Source of the DNA: a virus
DNA: 64,000 nt
Strand: one strand, 5' to 3'
Virus record (IMG/VR): IMGVR_UViG_3300020048_000073
Span: 28,419 to 92,418 of that record
The notes under the pieces: generated by a model
What the model saw: only the letters and a program-made list of their open reading frames with translations
Database searches by the model: none
What the model was told of the DNA's origin: nothing
Shown here: positions 58,244-64,000 of the stretch, piece by piece
Layout of the letters: each line of letters starts with the position of its first letter
Numbering within the stretch: the stretch's first letter is position 1
Translations under genes and position numbers: made by a program

Positions 58244-58951
58244 CTAGTTTTTAAAATCAAGTTTGTCTAATAAAAACTGGCTAAATTTTTCATGCCCATC
58301 TTCTAGTAAATGACCAGTTGATGTTGTGGCAATATTGTTTGTCTCTGCGAATTTAGGAATACTAAATTTATGCAGGTCTATGATATTGCTATCAGTGCCG
58401 CATATTTTAAACATTTCTAAAGATTTTAAATAATTCCATTGAGCATTGCCCCAATTTTCGTTATTTGCTCCTGAAAAAATAAGATAATCTATGTTGTACA
58501 TTTTTAATGTGTTTACAAACATAAACAAATTCGTGTAAAAATGGGTTAATTGTCTGTTTATGTTTAAATCAAGTAAAATAGCCTTGGCAGTGCTCCACAT
58601 ATTGTCACTGAGTAAAAAATCTGCGGTGATTAATTTTGATTCAGGATAATGATTTAAATCTGGAATCTTTGACAGAATTTTTTGGTCATTGTCTTCGTAC
58701 CATATTTCGTCTCGTGTTACAAAACTTATTCCTATGATAGCCAGTATTTCATTATCAGGTGATGCTTGTCTTAATTTAATCAGTGATTCAATAGAAGTTC
58801 TAAATATTCTATTATTGTTAGATCCAATAACGGCTTGATTTATTACAAATTGTTGCAGTCTTTTTCGTAAAAAATCACTGTAGACTTGTTGGTTGGTCAT
58901 TCTAGCAGAATAACTGTCACCGTTGACATAAATGTGGTCATATTTTTTCAT
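58244..58951 (-). CDS. SGNH/GDSL-type hydrolase-like protein (start MKKYDH)
   Basis: YVNGDSY, NQAVIGSNN, GH near the C-terminus. The ORF-track extension overlaps tRNA-Ser. Confidence 0.65.
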   Translation of the reverse strand: MKKYDHIYVNGDSYSARMTNQQVYSDFLRKRLQQFVINQAVIGSNNNRIFRTSIESLIKLRQASPDNEILAIIGISFVTRDEIWYEDNDQKILSKIPDLNHYPESKLITADFLLSDNMWSTAKAILLDLNINRQLTHFYTNLFMFVNTLKMYNIDYLIFSGANNENWGNAQWNYLKSLEMFKICGTDSNIIDLHKFSIPKFAETNNIATTSTGHLLEDGHEKFSQFLLDKLDFKN

Positions 58952-58965
58952 AAAATTATTTATTT

Positions 58966-59053
58966 TGGCGGAGAGTATAGGAGTCGAACCTATCCACCAG
59001 TCACCCAGTGACGGTTTAGCAAACCGTTGCCTTAACCGCTCGGCCAACTCTCC
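58966..59053 (-). tRNA. tRNA-Ser(GCT)
   Basis: Loop TTGCTAA, long variable arm, G73-CCA. Confidence 0.95.
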
Positions 59054-59078
59054 AAATATTTACACACTCTTTAGAATG

Positions 59079-59158
59079 TGTGTAATAAAGCACACTACCA
59101 CTCACGGATTAGGCAAGTGTGGCACGCCATCATTTATTCAAGTGTGCTTTATTACACA
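59079..59158 (-). ncRNA. Conserved-stem RNA cassette C
   Basis: TGTGTAATAAAGCACACT...AGTGTGCTTTATTACACA perfect 18-bp stem in the operon leader. Confidence 0.55.
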
Positions 59159-59251
59159 GTAGTTTTTAGTCTCACAAAAGAGATTCCATCGTACTGTCCG
59201 CCCATTTGTTTTTAAGTGTTTCAGGATCTCGTTTCCCACCTCACTACTAAC

Positions 59252-59280
59252 ATTATACAACAATTACGATTAAAAGTCAA
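59252..59280 (-). promoter_or_regulatory. sigma70 promoter TTGACT-N17-TATAAT for the main tRNA operon
   Basis: Near-consensus, ~200 nt upstream of the first tRNA. Confidence 0.8.
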
Positions 59281-59334
59281 TCAAAAATTGTTTGGGGTAT
59301 TAGTGCCCCGGTTGACAAGACTACCTCAAGCCAC

Positions 59335-59505
59335 TTATCTGCTTGCGGGGTATTTTGACCCCCTCGCAGATGCCTCTCTTGATTTAATCAAAGCATCTGC
59401 TCGGTCTATCTTATCTTGAATCAATTGTTTTTTAGCCACAGCGTCCAACACGTGATATGCTTGTTTTACAATTCGTTCATTTAATTTACTGTAATCTATG
59501 TTCAT
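59335..59505 (-). CDS. 56-aa hypothetical protein (not in ORF track)
   Basis: AGGAAGGA RBS. MNIDYSKLNERIVKQAYHVL...PASR*. Confidence 0.65.
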   Translation of the reverse strand: MNIDYSKLNERIVKQAYHVLDAVAKKQLIQDKIDRADALIKSREASARGSKYPASR

Positions 59506-59526
59506 TTTTCCTTCCTATCGATAATG

Positions 59527-59557
59527 AAAAACCCTAGGGTTTTTAGTCCTAGGGTCC
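59527..59557 (-). terminator. Intrinsic terminator of a putative attenuator
   Basis: GGACCCTAGG-ACTAAAAA-CCCTAGGGTTTTT hairpin followed by a U-tract. Confidence 0.7.
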
Positions 59558-59583
59558 TTAAAAGTAATGATGTTAAATTTTTA

Positions 59584-59742
59584 TTAACTATCGTATCCTT
59601 TTCGGACCCTGCCATAAAGTTCTGATACACGATCTAAACTATTGATATTCCCCATGGCTGTTAAGCAAATCGCGGGCCAATACTGTAGCGAGCCACCTAT
59701 TGGTTGCTTGTTAAAAGAGGAATGGTTAAAAGTCAAGTTCAT
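59584..59742 (-). CDS. Putative 52-aa leader peptide
   Basis: MNLTFNHSSFNKQPIGGSLQYWPAICLTAMGNINSLDRVSELYGRVRKGYDS*. Lies between promoter and terminator and contains the antiterminator AGGGTCC. Confidence 0.45.
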   Translation of the reverse strand: MNLTFNHSSFNKQPIGGSLQYWPAICLTAMGNINSLDRVSELYGRVRKGYDS

Positions 59743-59753
59743 ATTATGTTTAT

Positions 59754-59783
59754 ATTGTAACACTTATTTATGTTTTTTGTCAA
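59754..59783 (-). promoter_or_regulatory. sigma70 promoter TTGACA-N18-TACAAT, with nested ATAAATA
   Basis: -10 ends 11 nt upstream of the leader ATG. Confidence 0.65.
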
Positions 59784-59865
59784 GCGTTTTATCAAATAAC
59801 ACCGTAATATGGTAAAATAAGTCTAAAAATTGCTAAATATTAGTAATTACTAAGGATACCCGAAC

Positions 59866-61041
59866 ATGACTGCTAGATTTGACTTTCCCATTCCCACAAT
59901 ATTAGGTGGTTTGGCCAATGGTGAGATAGACACCGACAGTACCACAAAAAAATATGTAGATATTTTAGACAATAACCTATTTAACGGCAACAGTAGAACC
60001 ACTATTGCTGAACCAGACGGTCCTATGACCGTTAAGATTGCCGATACACCCAATGTTGCGGTGTTTAGTCAAGACGGAGTCACAGTTCAAGGCACCACAG
60101 TCAGTACATATTTCCGCGGTGATGGTAGTCAACTTACTAATTTGCCTGGTGGCAACTATGGTAATGCCAATGTGGCTGCGTATTTGCCAACATACACCGG
60201 CGGTATTGGCGTAGTAAGTGAAATGAGTGATGTTTTTATTGGACAAGATGCTGGGGCGAATCCCAATATCACAGTGCCAGCTTACAATAGAATAGCCATT
60301 GGAAAAGGTGCAGGCAATAGTGGATCTGAAGGATACAGTATTGCTATTGGCGATGGGGCCGGACGAGACCGACATGGTTACATGGCTATTGCCATTGGTT
60401 CACGTGCGGGCACTGGCAATTCAAAAGGTATTGCAATTGGCGATTTAGCAGGCATTAACGATCAAGGTGGAGGAGCAGTTGCTCTTGGATCAAGCTCAGG
60501 ACAAGCAGGACAAGGTTCGGGGGCAGTGGCAGTTGGATATCAAGCCGGCGGAGTTCGTCAAGGCTTACTATCAGTAGCAATGGGCTTTGTAGCAGGCTCT
60601 GCTGATCAGGGCGCCAACGCTATTGCAATTGGATCCAATGCTGCTTCCAACACACAGGCCGCATATGCCATTGCCATAGGCCACACAGCTGGTAACATAG
60701 GTCAAGGCAGTTATGCAATTGCTATTGGAGCCAATGCCGCTCCCAATAATCAACCTGCGCAGAGTATTGTAATCAACGGCACCAACACAACTTTAGATTC
60801 AGCTGGCGCTAATACATTGGTTGTTAAACCAATGGCATACAATCAATCTCGCACTGGGCAAGCCATGTGCTACAACACTACCAGTGGTGAAGTATTTGCT
60901 GGTGTGCCAAGATTACCCAACTATGCTAGTCTTGCTGAATTAACAACACAAGTAACAGACGCACTGCCTGGAAGTATTGCTTACGACACTGGCAACGCAA
61001 AAATAGCAGTTTACAATGGCTCCACATGGACTAATGTTTAA
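59866..61041 (+). CDS. Fibre/adhesin-like protein with YadA-head-like AIAIG repeats
   Basis: About eleven ~14-aa G...AIAIG..AG repeats. One copy of the GDGSQLTNL..NY.NANVA.YLPTY module. Confidence 0.7.
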   Translation: MTARFDFPIPTILGGLANGEIDTDSTTKKYVDILDNNLFNGNSRTTIAEPDGPMTVKIADTPNVAVFSQDGVTVQGTTVSTYFRGDGSQLTNLPGGNYGNANVAAYLPTYTGGIGVVSEMSDVFIGQDAGANPNITVPAYNRIAIGKGAGNSGSEGYSIAIGDGAGRDRHGYMAIAIGSRAGTGNSKGIAIGDLAGINDQGGGAVALGSSSGQAGQGSGAVAVGYQAGGVRQGLLSVAMGFVAGSADQGANAIAIGSNAASNTQAAYAIAIGHTAGNIGQGSYAIAIGANAAPNNQPAQSIVINGTNTTLDSAGANTLVVKPMAYNQSRTGQAMCYNTTSGEVFAGVPRLPNYASLAELTTQVTDALPGSIAYDTGNAKIAVYNGSTWTNV

Positions 61042-61068
61042 ATTAAATTTTTAAGAGAAAAATAAATT

Positions 61069-64000
61069 ATGGCCGCAAGATTTGACTTTCCGGTATCAAC
61101 TAACTTAGGTGGACTAGCTAATGGAGTATTGGGCACTGATGCCACTACTAGCCAACAAGTAAATGCAGCAATAACTTCTGCGGTGGCCAATGTTTCAGGC
61201 AACTATGGCAATGCTAATGTTGCTGATTTTCTGCCCACTTACACTGGTGGCCTAGATAGTTTAACTGGTAATGTGGTCACTACAGGTCATATCAACGCCA
61301 ATTTCTTTGTGGGCAACGGCAGACAATTAACAGGTATTGTTAGTTCTTACGATGACAGTAACGTGGCCAGCTATTTGCCCACTTACACTGGAAATTTATC
61401 AGCCGCCAATGTAACTGCTAATTTCTTTATTGGTGATGGCAGTCAGCTGACCAATGTGCCCAACGGCAACTACAGTAATGCCAACGTGGCCAATTACTTG
61501 CCCACTTACACCGGTGAGTTAGCCAATTTAACTGGTAATGTAATTACAACAGGTCATATTAATGCCAACTTCTTTGTGGGCAACGGTCGCCAATTAACAG
61601 GCATAGTAAGCAGTTACACCGACAGTAATGTTGCCAATTATTTGCCCACTTACACCGGTAATTTAGCGGCATTAACTGGTAATGTAACTACAACTGCCAA
61701 CATCACTGCTAACTTCTTTGTAGGTGACGGTAGTCAACTAACCAATTTACCTGCTGGCGATTATAGCAATGCCAACGTGGCCAACTATTTGCCCACTTAC
61801 ACCGGTAATTTAGCGTCTTTAACTGGTAATGTAACTACAACTGCCAACATACAAGCCAATTTCTTTGTGGGCAACGGCAGTCAGTTAACCGGCATTGTTA
61901 CAAACTACAGTAACGCCAATGTTGCCAACTACTTGCCCACATACACAGGTAATTTAGCCAGCTTAACGGGCAATGTTACAACAACAGGCAACGTTCAAGG
62001 TAATTTTATTATTGGTGATGGAAGTCAACTTACCAACTTGCCAGCTGGAGATTACTCCAATGCCAATGTGGCCAATTACTTGCCCACTTACACTGGCAAT
62101 TTAGCAAGTTTGACTGGTAATGTTACAACAACCGGCAACGTCCAAGGTAATTTTATTATTGGTGATGGAAGTCAAATTACCAACTTACCTGTTCAACCAG
62201 GAACTTATTCTAATGCCAATGTTGCCAACTACTTGCCTACCTATTCAGGTAATTTAACTTCATTAATCGGTAACGTTACAACCACTGCTAATATTCAAGG
62301 TAATTTTATTATCGGCGACGGCTCACAACTTACCAACCTACCAGCAGGTGATTATTCCAATGCCAATGTGGCCAACTACTTGCCTACTTATTCAGGTAAT
62401 TTAAATAGTTTAACAGGAAATGTTACAACTACTGCTAATGTAAGTGCTAATTTCTTCTTGGGAAATGGCAGTCAGTTAACTGGTATTGTTACAAACTACA
62501 GTAACGCCAACGTGGCCAACTACTTGCCTACCTATTCAGGTAATTTAACCTCATTGACTGGGGATGTCACTACAACTGCCAACGTAAGTGCTAATTACTT
62601 CTTAGGTAACGGTTCACAACTTACCAACCTACCAGTACAGCCAGGCACTTATTCTAATGCCAATGTGGCCAATTACTTGCCCACGTACTCAGGTAATTTA
62701 AGTAGTTTAACAGGTAACGTTACTACCACTGCCAACATTAGTGGTAATTACATACTTGGTGATGGCAGTCAGTTAACCAACTTACCTGCTGGCGATTACT
62801 CCAATGCCAACGTGGCCAATTACCTACCTACCTACACAGGTAATTTAAGTAGTTTAACTGGTAATGTTACTACCACTGCCAACATTAGTGGTAATTACAT
62901 ATTTGGTGATGGAAGTCAACTTACAAATTTGCCACCTGGCAATTATTCCAATGCCAATGTGGCCAATTATTTGCCCACGTACTCAGGTAATTTAAGTAGT
63001 TTAACAGGTAACGTTACTACCACTGCCAACATTAGTGGTAATTACATACTTGGTGATGGCAGTCAGTTAACCAACTTACCTTTAGGTAACTACAGCAATG
63101 CCAACGTGGCCAATTACTTGCCCACTTACGCTGGCAATTTAGCGTCACTTACTGGCAACGTTACTACAACTGCTAATATTAATGCTAACAATTTACAAGT
63201 TAGTTCAAATGTGTTGGTTACCAATTTAAACGCCAACTTATTACAAGGTAGAAATTTAACCAGTTCGAGAACAGCAAATACCATCGTAGCACGTGATGGA
63301 TCTGGAAACTTTGCTGCCATTGGGGTAACAGCCAACACACTCACTGCTAACGATTCCTTAATTAGTCAGGGCAATGCCAGCATCACTGGTAATACTACAG
63401 TGGGCAACTTGTCAACAGCTGGACAAATCACTGCCACAGGCAATGTAACTGCCAACTTCTTCTTGGGCGATGGCAGTCAGTTAACCAACTTACCTGCTGG
63501 TGATTACTCCAATGCCAATGTGGCCAATTACTTGCCAACATATTCGGGTAATTTGGTGTCATTGACTGGTAACGTTACAACTACTGCTAATGTTCAAGCT
63601 AATTTCTTTATTGGTAACGGTAGTCAGTTAACAGGTATCGTCGCAAACTATTCCAATGCCAATGTTGCCAACTACTTACCCACATACTCAGGTAATTTAA
63701 GCAGTTTAACTGGCAATGTAACCACAACAGCCAATGTAAGTGCTAATTTCTTCTTAGGAGATGGTAGCCAACTTACTAACTTACCTGTTCAACCAGGCAC
63801 TTATTCCAATGCTAATGTTGCTAATTATTTGCCAACATATTCTGGTAATTTGGCGTCATTAACTGGCAATGTCACAACAACAGGTAATATTAGTGGTAAC
63901 TTTATTATTGGTGATGGATCACAACTTACTAATTTACCAGCAGGCGATTACTCCAATGCCAATGTGGCCAATTACCTACCTACCTACTCAGGTAATTTAG
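61069..64000 (+). CDS. 3'-truncated (>977 aa) repeat-rich fibre/surface protein (not in ORF track)
   Basis: ATG at 61069, MAARFDFPVSTNLGGLANG paralogous to 59866. No stop seen to the window end. Confidence 0.85.
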   Translation, partial: MAARFDFPVSTNLGGLANGVLGTDATTSQQVNAAITSAVANVSGNYGNANVADFLPTYTGGLDSLTGNVVTTGHINANFFVGNGRQLTGIVSSYDDSNVASYLPTYTGNLSAANVTANFFIGDGSQLTNVPNGNYSNANVANYLPTYTGELANLTGNVITTGHINANFFVGNGRQLTGIVSSYTDSNVANYLPTYTGNLAALTGNVTTTANITANFFVGDGSQLTNLPAGDYSNANVANYLPTYTGNLASLTGNVTTTANIQANFFVGNGSQLTGIVTNYSNANVANYLPTYTGNLASLTGNVTTTGNVQGNFIIGDGSQLTNLPAGDYSNANVANYLPTYTGNLASLTGNVTTTGNVQGNFIIGDGSQITNLPVQPGTYSNANVANYLPTYSGNLTSLIGNVTTTANIQGNFIIGDGSQLTNLPAGDYSNANVANYLPTYSGNLNSLTGNVTTTANVSANFFLGNGSQLTGIVTNYSNANVANYLPTYSGNLTSLTGDVTTTANVSANYFLGNGSQLTNLPVQPGTYSNANVANYLPTYSGNLSSLTGNVTTTANISGNYILGDGSQLTNLPAGDYSNANVANYLPTYTGNLSSLTGNVTTTANISGNYIFGDGSQLTNLPPGNYSNANVANYLPTYSGNLSSLTGNVTTTANISGNYILGDGSQLTNLPLGNYSNANVANYLPTYAGNLASLTGNVTTTANINANNLQVSSNVLVTNLNANLLQGRNLTSSRTANTIVARDGSGNFAAIGVTANTLTANDSLISQGNASITGNTTVGNLSTAGQITATGNVTANFFLGDGSQLTNLPAGDYSNANVANYLPTYSGNLVSLTGNVTTTANVQANFFIGNGSQLTGIVANYSNANVANYLPTYSGNLSSLTGNVTTTANVSANFFLGDGSQLTNLPVQPGTYSNANVANYLPTYSGNLASLTGNVTTTGNISGNFIIGDGSQLTNLPAGDYSNANVANYLPTYSGNL
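61201..64000 (+). repeat. ~18 tandem units, mostly 144-153 bp (48-51 aa)
   Basis: Consensus YSNANVANYLPTY(T/S)GNL.SLTGNVTTT.N....F..G(D/N)GSQLT. Interrupted at ~63190-63420. Confidence 0.9.

Noticed and set aside
61201-64000. Non-coding tandem repeat, CRISPR or DGR template
   Set aside because: Units are in frame with mostly synonymous variation. There is no reverse transcriptase and no adenine-specific TR/VR pair.

Overview
This window is part of a large, AT-rich, T4-like or jumbo myophage genome using the standard code (TAA, TAG and TGA all act as stops; no suppressor tRNA). It has five regions. (1) 1-23.5 kb (+): baseplate and tail genes, including gp25-like, gp6-like, a 5089-aa structural protein and a fibre with a C-terminal chaperone/peptidase domain. 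(2) 23.6-43 kb: a ~19 kb tailoring island with five glycosyltransferase-like genes, six radical SAM enzymes with an N-terminal SPASM/twitch-like domain, a NodU/CmcH carbamoyltransferase, an SGNH hydrolase, a DegT aminotransferase and an NAD epimerase. (3) 43-50.7 kb (-): thyX, a MoxR AAA/vWA pair, small paralogues and a sugar acetyltransferase. (4) 50.7-59.8 kb (-): 25 CCA-encoding tRNAs covering all 20 amino acids, interleaved with an rpoZ homologue, phosphatases and a YkuK-like RNase H. This region also holds at least eight structured non-tRNA segments, three of which share a conserved closing stem around different cargo. It further contains a boxA-like site, a leader-peptide attenuator, an ORF that runs in frame into a tRNA, an atypical long-arm tRNA(UAU), and a 1.2 kb captured segment bounded by tRNA fragments. 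(5) 59.9-64 kb (+): two paralogous fibre-like genes, the second being a >977-aa repeat protein absent from the ORF track. All calls come from reading the sequence; no database searches or folding programs were run.
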